DNA from: Gammaproteobacteria bacterium
Lineage (GTDB): Bacteria; Pseudomonadota; Gammaproteobacteria; DSM-16500
DNA: 64,000 nt
Direction of reading: 5' to 3'
NCBI GenBank assembly: GCA_013288655.1
Contig: JABDBK010000002.1
Coordinates: 2,390-66,389, forward strand
The notes beneath the pieces were generated by a model that saw nothing but the letters and a program-made list of their open reading frames with translations, did not search any database and had not been told where the DNA came from. The position numbers were made by a program, and so were the translations under genes. Below are positions 54,127 to 64,000 of the stretch, piece by piece (positions within the stretch are counted from its first letter, which is position 1; each line of letters opens with the position of its first letter).

Positions 54127-55788
54127 TCATCCATGCTTTACATGCACCAAAGTATAACCATCCATAGCTACCTGAGCAAATGTGTTATTTTTTGGTACAT
54201 AGTCACCAATCACTAAAACCCACTCTTTATCTTTTGGCGTTTTAGAAAAATCATACTTACTTTCAGCAGGAATTCCTTCACAAGAAGCTTTTGCATTATC
54301 CAGATAAAACAAGGAACGATATAAACCTGCCAGATGAGTTCCTACAATTAACACCTTAGATCGTTCCTGAACAGGTACATAAAGTCTGGTAAAAATACCT
54401 GCTTTATCAAAAACAGTAGGTTCAATACTTTTCCGAAACTGTTGATGAATATAATACATCGAATAAACTATAAATATCGGCATCATCACATATATAAATA
54501 ATTTTGCACCCTTTCGTGGGGCATATATCCATAACATAAGCGATGATAAAGAAAGAAGAGCTAAACTTTTAAATAAAACTGGATTATCAAGAAAAACTGC
54601 AAGCTCTGGGCAATCAATATAGCTGGGAACATAGGCACCAAACCTATTTAACACCGCATAAATTAATACCGACCCAACGATAAATCCAATAATGACTCTA
54701 TACTTAACATTTCCTATATTTGTTGGTTCCATAGAAAACTGTGATGCTGCAATAATAAACATCAAAGGAAAGACAAAATTATAGTAACGCATGCTAATTC
54801 TATATATCGATTCGTAAGGTCCATAATTGACTGTAGATGCTGCAAAAAAACCAATCGCTACAATCAGCGTAAACAATATCATCAAAGTAAAGAATGCGAT
54901 TTTTTGCGCTGGCTTTATGTTAGCCCCAACATTTCCCAACATACTGCATGCAGCTGCAATAGATACACTAAAAATGGCAAAAATAACTAGCAGATGCCCT
55001 TTCATATTAATTAACGCGAGTGACAACAGCTCCATATAATGCTTTTTGTCTGATGTTGCTGAATCCGCCATAGAAGTATATGTCACTCCAAAGAGGGTAA
55101 TACCAGACTTACCTGCCAGCATATATCCAACAAAAAACTTTATAAGCAAGGTAAATGCAATAAAACAACTTGCACTCAAGAATGTTTGCCGCATCCATGG
55201 CTTGTTATTTTGCTTTTTAATGTAAAATATATATAACAGTATCGCTGGAATAAGAAGCAAACCATGCGGTTTTATTAAAGAAACTATTCCTAATATGATA
55301 CCCGCCAAACACCACGAACTTACGCTTGACTCTGCATCAAGTCTCAAAACAAACCATGCAAATATCCAGAATGTCATATAATAAGTCGACTCTGGCATGA
55401 AGTAGGCTGTATAACTATTAACAGGACTTAAAAGAGCTAATAAAGCAATAAAACATGCCGCGTTTTTAGTGCATACTTGCCTGGCAATGGAATAAATAAA
55501 CGGTGTTGCAGCTACATAAAAAAAACTATTCAGCATTCTTGCACAACCAAGAAATCCATCACCGCAATAGTTCATTTTTTTAAAAATAGCAAAATATAAA
55601 TAATTAGGGAGCGGCGCGTCTTTGAATGGAAGAATTCTGGAATACAAGCTATAACCATATTCATCAGCAAAAACTAATGGATATATACCCATATTTCTAA
55701 CAAGAAGTAGGAAAAATACGATGATCATCAAAAAAAAGAGAGCGTGTTTTTTTATTTCATCCATCCAGTTTAAATCTTTATAGAACAC
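54127..55788 (-). CDS. GT-C-fold polytopic membrane glycosyltransferase (ArnT/PMT/GtrC-like)
   Basis: 553 aa with more than 10 hydrophobic segments. Acidic motif FADEYGY just after TM1, as in GT-C enzymes, and a soluble C-terminal ~90 aa. Confidence 0.65.
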   Translation of the reverse strand: MFYKDLNWMDEIKKHALFFLMIIVFFLLLVRNMGIYPLVFADEYGYSLYSRILPFKDAPLPNYLYFAIFKKMNYCGDGFLGCARMLNSFFYVAATPFIYSIARQVCTKNAACFIALLALLSPVNSYTAYFMPESTYYMTFWIFAWFVLRLDAESSVSSWCLAGIILGIVSLIKPHGLLLIPAILLYIFYIKKQNNKPWMRQTFLSASCFIAFTLLIKFFVGYMLAGKSGITLFGVTYTSMADSATSDKKHYMELLSLALINMKGHLLVIFAIFSVSIAAACSMLGNVGANIKPAQKIAFFTLMILFTLIVAIGFFAASTVNYGPYESIYRISMRYYNFVFPLMFIIAASQFSMEPTNIGNVKYRVIIGFIVGSVLIYAVLNRFGAYVPSYIDCPELAVFLDNPVLFKSLALLSLSSLMLWIYAPRKGAKLFIYVMMPIFIVYSMYYIHQQFRKSIEPTVFDKAGIFTRLYVPVQERSKVLIVGTHLAGLYRSLFYLDNAKASCEGIPAESKYDFSKTPKDKEWVLVIGDYVPKNNTFAQVAMDGYTLVHVKHG

Positions 55789-55888
55789 GAAAACTTCCTT
55801 AAATAAAAAGACGATGTATATTAGAATAAATTTTCTATGAACTCAATCAAGAGATAAGAAAAATTCATTTGACAATCCGGTATTTTAC

Positions 55889-55923
55889 ATGTAAATTTCG
55901 TACACAGCCCCCGAAATTTACAT
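55889..55923 (+). promoter_or_regulatory. 12-bp perfect inverted repeat (atgtaaatttcg ... cgaaatttacat) upstream of the ATPase gene
   Basis: Arms at 55889-55900 and 55912-55923 with an 11-nt loop, ending 13 nt before the GTG start. Confidence 0.3.
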
Positions 55924-55936
55924 ATGGAAAACTAAT

Positions 55937-57163
55937 GTGAAAAGAAATATATCGAATAAAATCAATACATTACTTTCCATGTTTCCAGCGGTGGCTATTA
56001 TTGGCGCAAGGCAATGTGGGAAAACGACTCTTGCAAAAGCTCTACGACCAGATTGGCTTTATATGGATTTAGAAAAACCTTCTGATTTTAATCGCATTGA
56101 TCTTGATCCTGAGTTTTTTTTACAACAAAATCCCGAACATATTATTTTTGATGAAGCACAGCTTTCTCCAACGTTATTTGAAGTGCTGCGCGGCATCATA
56201 GATAACGATCGCAACAAACCTGGGCGTTTTATTATTACAGGTTCAAGCAGTCCCGAATTACTCACGCACATTTCAGAAACTCTGGCAGGCCGTATTGCAA
56301 CCATTGAGCTTGGAACCTTAAAAACCAATGAAATCTTTGATAAACCTTTAAGTTCATTTTATCAATTATTTGAAAATCCATTATCGGCAACTTTTTTTGA
56401 TCATTTGCCGCCTGCTGCATTAAGTTTGAAAAATATTCAACAAGCATGGTATCAAGGAGGTTATCCTGAGCCTGTATTAAAAAAATCAAAAACGTTTTAT
56501 TTACAATGGATGGAAAATTACGAAAACACCTATATTTATCGTGATATTGCAAGGCTCTATCCGCGTTTAAATAAAGTTGCCTATCAACGATTTTTAGCTA
56601 TGTTATGTAATTTGTCGGGCACCGTACTCAACAAATCAGATATAGCGCGCGCATTAGAAGTGGGCGAAAAATCCGTTCGAGAATTTTTAACTATCGCTGA
56701 CGGTACATTTTTATGGCGTCAATTATATAGTTACGAGAAATCAACCACAAAAAGTCTTGTTAAAATGCCAAAAGGACATATACGTGACACTGGCTTATTA
56801 CATACTTTGTTACGCATTACTGATGAACAACAATTGTATCGTGATCCTATCGTTGGGCGTTCTTTCGAGGGTTTTGTCATAGAAGAGCTCATCAAAGGAT
56901 TGCAATCATTACTTGTGACTCATTGGCAACCGTTTTATTATCGTACACGTGGAGGAGCTGAAATTGATTTAATTCTTGAAGGTCCCTTCGGAACCCTGCC
57001 TGTTGAAATAAAATATGGCACTAAAGTCACCAGCAGCCAATTAAAATCACTAGAAAACTTTGTCATTGATAATCATTTACCTTTTGCACTTTTAATAAAC
57101 CAAGCTGATAAAGCTTATTGGCTAAATCGACATATTTTCCAATTACCTGCAAATTATTTGTAA
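55937..57163 (+). CDS. AAA+ ATPase with a C-terminal DUF4143/PD-(D/E)xK-like domain (COG1373-type)
   Basis: Walker A GARQCGKTT, Walker B IIFDEAQ, and C-terminal RTRGGAEIDLIL...PVEIKYG (D...ExK nuclease-like motif). Confidence 0.8.
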   Translation: MKRNISNKINTLLSMFPAVAIIGARQCGKTTLAKALRPDWLYMDLEKPSDFNRIDLDPEFFLQQNPEHIIFDEAQLSPTLFEVLRGIIDNDRNKPGRFIITGSSSPELLTHISETLAGRIATIELGTLKTNEIFDKPLSSFYQLFENPLSATFFDHLPPAALSLKNIQQAWYQGGYPEPVLKKSKTFYLQWMENYENTYIYRDIARLYPRLNKVAYQRFLAMLCNLSGTVLNKSDIARALEVGEKSVREFLTIADGTFLWRQLYSYEKSTTKSLVKMPKGHIRDTGLLHTLLRITDEQQLYRDPIVGRSFEGFVIEELIKGLQSLLVTHWQPFYYRTRGGAEIDLILEGPFGTLPVEIKYGTKVTSSQLKSLENFVIDNHLPFALLINQADKAYWLNRHIFQLPANYL

Positions 57164-57223
57164 TCTTATGCCATATTATATTAAAATTGCCGCTTTTAGC
57201 CTCATCATAAAGGTAGTTGCTTC

Positions 57224-58309
57224 ATGGAAAAAATAGCTCTCATCACAGGAATCACTGGCCAAGACGGCTCTTATTTAGCTGAACTTTTATTAAACAAAGG
57301 TTATATTGTGCATGGCATTAAACGCCGGACTTCGCTTTTTAATACCGATCGCATTGATCATTTATATCAAGATCCGCATGTCAAAAATTGCCGCCTATTT
57401 TTACACTATGGTGACATGACAGATTCCACAAGTTTGATTCGTATTATCCAACAAGTGCAACCGGATGAAATTTATAACCTTGCGGCACAAAGTCATGTGG
57501 CGGTTTCTTTTGAAGAACCCGAATACACAGCCAATGCGGATGGTATCGGCACATTACGTATGTTAGAAGCCATTCGGATTTTAGGCTTGCAAAAAAAGAC
57601 GCGTTTTTATCAAGCATCCACGTCAGAACTTTATGGTTTAGTACAAGAAGTTCCACAAAAAGAAACAACACCTTTTTACCCACGCTCGCCTTATGCAGCA
57701 GCCAAACTCTATGCTTATTGGATTACTGTCAATTATCGCGAAGCGTATGGGATTTATGCCTGCAATGGTATTTTATTTAATCATGAGTCGCCCGTACGCG
57801 GTGAAACTTTTGTCAGCCGTAAAGTGACGCGTGGTTTAGCACGTATCAAATTAGGGCTGCAAGATTGTTTATATATGGGTAATCTTGATGCAAAACGTGA
57901 CTGGGGCCATGCAAAAGATTATGTCGAAATGCAATGGCTTATGTTGCAACAAAATCAGCCTGAAGATTATGTCATTGCCACGGGCAAACAATATACGGTT
58001 CGTGAGTTTATTCACAGTGCAGCTCAAAAACTCGATCTTGTCTTACGATGGGAAGGTGAAGGTGTGAATGAAAAAGCTTATGACACATCCGGTCGTTGCA
58101 TGATTGCTGTTGATCCACGTTATTTTAGACCTGCTGAAGTCGAATCTTTACTTGGCGATGCAACCAAAGCAAAAGAAAAACTAGGCTGGACGCCAAAAAT
58201 ATCATTCGATCAACTGGTCAGTGAAATGGTGTATGAAGATTTACGCGCTGCGCAATGTGATGATTTGATGAAAGAACATGGGTTTCCGGTGTTTGATTAT
58301 CATGAATAA
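57224..58309 (+). CDS. gmd: GDP-mannose 4,6-dehydratase
   Basis: [40 protein letters not shown] and NHESPVRG motifs. Confidence 0.95.
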   Translation: MEKIALITGITGQDGSYLAELLLNKGYIVHGIKRRTSLFNTDRIDHLYQDPHVKNCRLFLHYGDMTDSTSLIRIIQQVQPDEIYNLAAQSHVAVSFEEPEYTANADGIGTLRMLEAIRILGLQKKTRFYQASTSELYGLVQEVPQKETTPFYPRSPYAAAKLYAYWITVNYREAYGIYACNGILFNHESPVRGETFVSRKVTRGLARIKLGLQDCLYMGNLDAKRDWGHAKDYVEMQWLMLQQNQPEDYVIATGKQYTVREFIHSAAQKLDLVLRWEGEGVNEKAYDTSGRCMIAVDPRYFRPAEVESLLGDATKAKEKLGWTPKISFDQLVSEMVYEDLRAAQCDDLMKEHGFPVFDYHE

Positions 58310-58312
58310 TGC

Positions 58313-59131
58313 CTAACCCAACCACCGCAACTCATCCGTGTTTCTGACCCACGGGTTAAGTTTTTGAGCTTTTTCAGGCATATTGTTTTTAGCAAGTTTT
58401 GCTGAAGAAACGACGGGATATTTACCATAAGTTAATACATACCAATCTCGCCCCTTATGCTGAGTAAGCGCATAATAGGTCGCTTTTTGCAATTTTAAAC
58501 GCGATTGTAATTCTTTAACATCATCTAATTTATAGCTGCCAAATAATTGCAATGTAAACTTTTCTTTTTCGATTTTTTTCACAACAGATTCAGGAACTGG
58601 CTTAATATCTTTTAAAGACATTAATACTTCGTCTTCTTTATTTTCTGGCGTTGCTTTAACGGCCATACGCAAAGGATCTTGCTCCGCTTTATTTTCTTTT
58701 TTCACAGAAGCCATTTTCTTTTGAATCTCAGGATCTTTTAAAGACTCAGCTAGAATACTTTCGGAATAACGTAATTTGTTTGATTTTTTTAAGGGTGTAT
58801 CATAGGATTCTGATTTGTTTTTTTCAATGAGTATCAATGCTTTTATCGCAGGCCTATACATTTGTTTGGCCGCTTGATTTATCCAAAAAAGCCCGGACTC
58901 TTTATGTGCTTCTATTCCTATACCATAATAATACATATAACCGACGGCATATTGTGCTTCAGGACTGCATTTGACTGCCAAGGGCAGTAATTGTATAAAA
59001 GCTTGTTTGAAATTGCCCGAATCAAATGCGACTTTGCCAGACTGAACTTCTTCTGCCATTCTAGCTGATGCGCAAGCTAACAATAGACTTGAAAAAAATA
59101 TAATAAGTATCAATCGACCCCGCTTTACCAT
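58313..59131 (-). CDS. Lipoprotein with a Sel1-like repeat and a C-terminal SPOR peptidoglycan-binding domain
   Basis: Lipobox LLLAC. Sel1-like AQYAVGYMYYYGIGIEAHKESGLFWINQAAKQ. C-terminal SPOR-like FTLQLFGSYKLDDVKELQSRL...RDWYVLTYGKY. Its Shine-Dalgarno overlaps the gspC stop. Confidence 0.75.
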   Translation of the reverse strand: MVKRGRLILIIFFSSLLLACASARMAEEVQSGKVAFDSGNFKQAFIQLLPLAVKCSPEAQYAVGYMYYYGIGIEAHKESGLFWINQAAKQMYRPAIKALILIEKNKSESYDTPLKKSNKLRYSESILAESLKDPEIQKKMASVKKENKAEQDPLRMAVKATPENKEDEVLMSLKDIKPVPESVVKKIEKEKFTLQLFGSYKLDDVKELQSRLKLQKATYYALTQHKGRDWYVLTYGKYPVVSSAKLAKNNMPEKAQKLNPWVRNTDELRWLG

Positions 59132-59138
59132 CTAACCC

Positions 59139-59660
59139 TCACGCAAATAACTTATCAGGCATCTCTTGAAAAGATAAGGGCTGGCGTTGCAATGGCAACT
59201 TTTCCAAGCGCCCAGCATTTTCTAGTATAACCCCATCCTCAGTAATTGCATCAACCTTCACTCCAATCGGCAGCGTATCGCCCACAAGATAAACTTTTCC
59301 TACCTGATTTGCCTCAGAAATAATCACACTCGATTTATGATCAGGCACAGCGCGCACCACGCCAATCAAACGCAATTGCAAGCTAGTCACAGGTAAAATA
59401 GAAGTATCTGCCGATTTAGCAGCATTACCAAACAAATGCCACTCCGGAATCTGTTGAATTAAATCTGAACTTTGTGCTGGATGAGGCAAATCCATAATAA
59501 TGGCTTGGGCCTTAGTCAGTTTACTATCGGAATACCAAGTTAAAGGAGTTTGAATAATGGTAACTAAAAATAATAAACACACTATAGTCAACGCAGCCCA
59601 GCATAAACGCCGACCCCACAAACCTGTCAAAAAAGGTGACACTATATTATTGAACATCAT
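59139..59660 (-). CDS. gspC: Minimal type II secretion protein GspC (HR domain only, no PDZ)
   Basis: N-terminal TM, then an HR-domain-like LQLRLIGVVRAV...SSVIISE...KVYLVGDTLPIGVKVDAITEDGVILENAGRLEKLPL. ATG 59660 has an AGAGG Shine-Dalgarno and is preferred over the TTG 59687 of the track. Confidence 0.65.
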   Translation of the reverse strand: MMFNNIVSPFLTGLWGRRLCWAALTIVCLLFLVTIIQTPLTWYSDSKLTKAQAIIMDLPHPAQSSDLIQQIPEWHLFGNAAKSADTSILPVTSLQLRLIGVVRAVPDHKSSVIISEANQVGKVYLVGDTLPIGVKVDAITEDGVILENAGRLEKLPLQRQPLSFQEMPDKLFA

Positions 59661-59674
59661 TGAAGCCTCTAAAA

Positions 59675-60706
<1,032 letters not shown>

Positions 60707-60708
60707 CT

Positions 60709-61491
60709 ATGCAGATGAAATCAAACATAGCTGTCTACTCCACTACCCAAGACTTAGTAGCTTACGCCAAAACTCTCGCAGAACATCTACAATTGCCATT
60801 ATTAAGCCATACCGAGGAGCATTATCCCTACTTACTGCTAGTCACACCCGAATATATTGGCTTAAAAAAGCAAGCATCCACATCACAGCCTGTTTATATT
60901 GATTTTTTAACAAAAAAATGGCGACTGCGCCTGCGTAAGCTTTCTATTAAAAATGAAGCACTTGCACGAGCCCTAGGCTTAAAAAACTGCTTAAAAAATC
61001 AAAGCCGCCCGACGATTGTCGATGCCACAGGAGGCTTAGCACGTGATAGTTTTATTATTGCGTCCTTAGGCTTTGATCTTATCTTATTAGAACGCTCACC
61101 CATCATATATACGCTAATTCATGATGGCATTAAACGAGCAGAACGAGATCCTGGTATGCATCATATCACTAAACGGTTACAAACTGTGCAAACCGACGCT
61201 ATTATATGGCTTAATCAGCTAAAAGACCAAGATAAACCCGATATTATTTATATCGACCCCATGTTTCCTGAGAAGAAAAAATCCGCTCTTCCCAAAAAAG
61301 AAATGCTTATCTTTCATGATATTGTAGGCGATGATCAAGATGCTGAAAACTTACTTTATACCGCTCTTACTTGTGCCGCAAAACGGGTTGTGGTAAAAAG
61401 ACCCCGGCTTTCAAATTATTTAAAAGCATCATGTGCTCCCTCTTTTTCACTAACCGGTAGCAGCTGTCGATTTGATATTTATTTAAAATAG
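60709..61491 (+). CDS. rsmJ: 16S rRNA (guanine1516-N2)-methyltransferase RsmJ
   Basis: VDATGGLARDSFIIASLGF.L.LLERSP and YIDPMFP motifs of RsmJ/YhiQ. Confidence 0.8.
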   Translation: MQMKSNIAVYSTTQDLVAYAKTLAEHLQLPLLSHTEEHYPYLLLVTPEYIGLKKQASTSQPVYIDFLTKKWRLRLRKLSIKNEALARALGLKNCLKNQSRPTIVDATGGLARDSFIIASLGFDLILLERSPIIYTLIHDGIKRAERDPGMHHITKRLQTVQTDAIIWLNQLKDQDKPDIIYIDPMFPEKKKSALPKKEMLIFHDIVGDDQDAENLLYTALTCAAKRVVVKRPRLSNYLKASCAPSFSLTGSSCRFDIYLK

Positions 61492-61499
61492 AGGTATGG

Positions 61500-62174
61500 A
61501 TGGAAATAATCCACTTTTTGTTAGATTTTATATTACACCTTGATAAACATTTAATTGCTTTTGTTAGCGCCTATGGACAATGGACTTATATCTTATTGTT
61601 TATCGTTATTTTTTGCGAAACCGGTATTATTTTTACCGCTATCTTACCAGGCGATTCGCTATTATTTGCAGCAGGAGCACTGACAGCAAGCTTAGGAGAC
61701 GTGCTTAATATACATGTTTTATTCTTATTATTGACCACTGCCTCTATCGCAGGCAATGGGCTCAACTATTTTATAGGCAAATCATTAGGGCCTATGATCT
61801 TTCGCTCTAAACGCTCTTTACTTTTTAACCCGAAAAACATTGAAAAAACGCACGCTTTTTTTGAACGTTATGGTGGAAAAGCCATTATTATTGCGCGATT
61901 CATGCCTATTTTTCGAACATTTGCGCCCTTTGTGGCAGGAATAGGCTATATGACTTATCGTCAATTCTTTATATATAGCGTTATTGGCGCGATTTTGTGG
62001 ATAGGGACGCTGGTGTATGGAAGTTATGTATTTGGAAATATCCCTATCGTTAAGGAAAATTTTTCCTTAGTCATTGTTGCTATTATCATTTTGTCTATTA
62101 CACCAGCATTATTTGAAATAGTGCGTAGAAAATATAAAAAGAAACAACTTGCTAATTCGGGGAATATTTCATAG
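61500..62174 (+). CDS. DedA-family inner-membrane protein
   Basis: FCETGIIFTAILPGDSLLFAAG and FERYGGKAIIIARFMPIFRTFAPFVAG are the DedA/SNARE-associated signature. Confidence 0.85.
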   Translation: MEIIHFLLDFILHLDKHLIAFVSAYGQWTYILLFIVIFCETGIIFTAILPGDSLLFAAGALTASLGDVLNIHVLFLLLTTASIAGNGLNYFIGKSLGPMIFRSKRSLLFNPKNIEKTHAFFERYGGKAIIIARFMPIFRTFAPFVAGIGYMTYRQFFIYSVIGAILWIGTLVYGSYVFGNIPIVKENFSLVIVAIIILSITPALFEIVRRKYKKKQLANSGNIS

Positions 62175-62255
62175 TAATTGTTACTAACATCTGGTATCTT
62201 CTTACATCTAGACAAAACATCTATCAACCACCAAAACGAAGGAGCACTGAATAGT

Positions 62256-62714
62256 ATGGATCTTCGAAAAATCCGCAAACTTATCGAACTTATCCAAGAA
62301 ACTGGAATAGCTGAAATTGAAATCCGCGAAGGTGAAGAATCAGTGCGCATTAGCCGCGAAAGCACCAAAGTAAGCGCCCCCGTCTATACAACACCCGCAC
62401 CTGCAACAACCCATGTCGTCTCTGAACCACCAAAAACAACAGTCGCAGAAATCCCCGTAACCGCCGATCTACATTCGAATAAGCATGCGGTAAAAGCACC
62501 TATGGTTGGGACCGTTTATCTTGCTCCATCGCCTGGCGCCAAAGTATTTGTGAATGTTGGACAAACGGTAAAAGCGGGTGATGTTTTGTGCTTAATTGAA
62601 GCCATGAAAATGTTTAATCAAATTGAAGCTGATAAGGCTGGCACTATCTCATCCATTCTAGTTGATAGCGGCGCTCCTGTTGAATTTAATCAACCCTTAT
62701 TTGTGATTGAATAA
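62256..62714 (+). CDS. accB: Acetyl-CoA carboxylase biotin carboxyl carrier protein
   Basis: [23 protein letters not shown]..., Pro/Ala linker, and biotinyl motif [18 protein letters not shown] Shine-Dalgarno upstream of ATG 62256. Confidence 0.95.
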   Translation: MDLRKIRKLIELIQETGIAEIEIREGEESVRISRESTKVSAPVYTTPAPATTHVVSEPPKTTVAEIPVTADLHSNKHAVKAPMVGTVYLAPSPGAKVFVNVGQTVKAGDVLCLIEAMKMFNQIEADKAGTISSILVDSGAPVEFNQPLFVIE

Positions 62715-62727
62715 CAGGATACATACC

Positions 62728-64000
62728 ATGTTAGATAAAGTTGTCATTGCCAATCGCGGCGAAATTGCCTTACGTATACTGCGTGCATGCAAAGAATTAG
62801 GTATCAAAACTGTCGCGGTACATTCTACCGCTGATCGCGACCTCATGCATGTACGTCTCGCTGATGAATCCGTTTGTATTGGACCGCCACCGCCTTCCGA
62901 AAGCTATTTGAGCATACCCGCTATCATCAGTGCTGCAGAAATCACTGATGCAGTTGCGATACATCCTGGTTATGGTTTTTTAGCTGAAAATGCGAGCTTT
63001 GCTGAACAAGTCGAGAAAAGCGGCTTTATTTTTATAGGGCCAAAACCCGATAGCATACGTCAGATGGGCGATAAGGTAGCCGCTATTCAAGCGATGAAAT
63101 CGCTGGGGATTCCTTGCGTTCCAGGATCCAGCGATCCTATAGCTGATGACGATGCAGCAACTATGCGCATGGCACGTGACATTGGTTATCCTATCATTAT
63201 TAAAGCGGCTGGAGGCGGCGGTGGCCGTGGAATGCGCGTCGTACATACCGAACCGCATTTATTAAATGCGATCGCCATGACTCGAACCGAAGCACGCGCA
63301 GCCTTCAATAACGACAAGGTATACATGGAAAAATACCTGCAAACACCGCGTCATATTGAAATTCAAGTCATAGGCGATGGCCAGGGTAATGCTGTGCATT
63401 TAGGTGAACGTGATTGTTCTATTCAGCGTCGCCACCAGAAAATCATCGAAGAAGCGCCAGCACCCGGCCTCACCCCCGAACAGCGTGAAGCCATAGGCGA
63501 ACGTTGCGCGAAGGCATGTCGTGACATGAATTATCGCGGTGCTGGAACCTTTGAGTTTCTTTATGAAAATAATGCGTTTTTTTTCATTGAAATGAATACT
63601 CGTATCCAGGTTGAGCACCCCATCACCGAAATGATCACGGGCATCGATATCGTCAAAGAACAGTTACGTATTGCTGCAGGCCATAAACTTTCCCTATCGC
63701 AATCCGACATTAAAATCAAAGGCCATGCTATTGAATGCAGAATCAATGCCGAAGACCCGCGCTCTTTTGTGCCATGCCCTGGCACGATTAGTCATTTTCA
63801 TGCGCCGGGCGGCCCAGGAATACGCCTGGACTCACATATTTATAGTAGCTATAAAGTGCCGCCATTTTACGACTCATTAATCGCTAAAGTCATTGCATAT
63901 GGTGACAATCGTGAAATAGCTCTCGCTCGCATGCGAAATGCTCTGGATGAAATGGTTGTCGATGGCATCAAAACCAATATACCTTTACATCAGGATATTT
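62728..64000 (+). CDS. accC: Acetyl-CoA carboxylase biotin carboxylase subunit (3'-truncated by the window end)
   Basis: [33 protein letters not shown]...; open frame runs to the window edge (not in the ORF track because there is no stop). Confidence 0.95.
   Translation, partial: MLDKVVIANRGEIALRILRACKELGIKTVAVHSTADRDLMHVRLADESVCIGPPPPSESYLSIPAIISAAEITDAVAIHPGYGFLAENASFAEQVEKSGFIFIGPKPDSIRQMGDKVAAIQAMKSLGIPCVPGSSDPIADDDAATMRMARDIGYPIIIKAAGGGGGRGMRVVHTEPHLLNAIAMTRTEARAAFNNDKVYMEKYLQTPRHIEIQVIGDGQGNAVHLGERDCSIQRRHQKIIEEAPAPGLTPEQREAIGERCAKACRDMNYRGAGTFEFLYENNAFFFIEMNTRIQVEHPITEMITGIDIVKEQLRIAAGHKLSLSQSDIKIKGHAIECRINAEDPRSFVPCPGTISHFHAPGGPGIRLDSHIYSSYKVPPFYDSLIAKVIAYGDNREIALARMRNALDEMVVDGIKTNIPLHQDI

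Overview
This is an AT-rich gammaproteobacterial chromosome segment of Legionellales type, from an intracellular lifestyle. The assignment rests on a contiguous Dot/Icm type IVB secretion block at 0.2-7.8 kb (dotD-dotC-dotB, convergent dotA-icmV, divergent icmW-orf-icmX). After it come housekeeping genes (yicC, rph, xthA, asmA, tRNA-Gly(CCC), sbcB) and a secreted thermolysin-family protease. A nearly complete type II secretion system follows: gspDEF at 17.4-22.1 kb and gspGHIJKLM at 24.2-28.7 kb, with a minimal gspC at 59.1 kb in a hemB-gspC-SPOR operon. A 2.1-kb opposite-strand insertion splits gspDEF from gspG-M; it carries a decaying brnTA module and three orphan genes. Next are def, two tandem MOMP-family porin paralogs and speA. 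A ~24-kb surface-glycan (LPS O-polysaccharide-type) region spans 34-58 kb. It holds a 1248-aa multi-domain glycosyltransferase, an NDP-hexose C-methyltransferase-family enzyme, GT2 and GT4 enzymes, an FkbM methyltransferase with a coiled-coil tail, and an 8-gene sugar-modification operon. That operon ends in a methyltransferase-GT2 fusion plus GtrA; a GT-C membrane transferase and gmd lie nearby. The window ends with rsmJ, dedA, accB and a partial accC. There are four type II toxin-antitoxin loci, one with a nonsense-inactivated toxin, and each has a palindromic box just upstream. Two members of a GTAGGGTGGGCA hairpin repeat family are present, one inside a ~300-bp nested palindromic composite. 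I saw no rRNA, CRISPR array, transposase or integrase. My best candidates for something undescribed are: (i) the polyprenyl-phosphate-type three-component glycosylation module with its unusual GHMP-kinase/transaldolase sugar pathway; (ii) the orphan gene set inserted into the T2SS operon; (iii) the gspC-SPOR/Sel1 lipoprotein pairing. All family calls come from motif recognition by eye; no database search was run.
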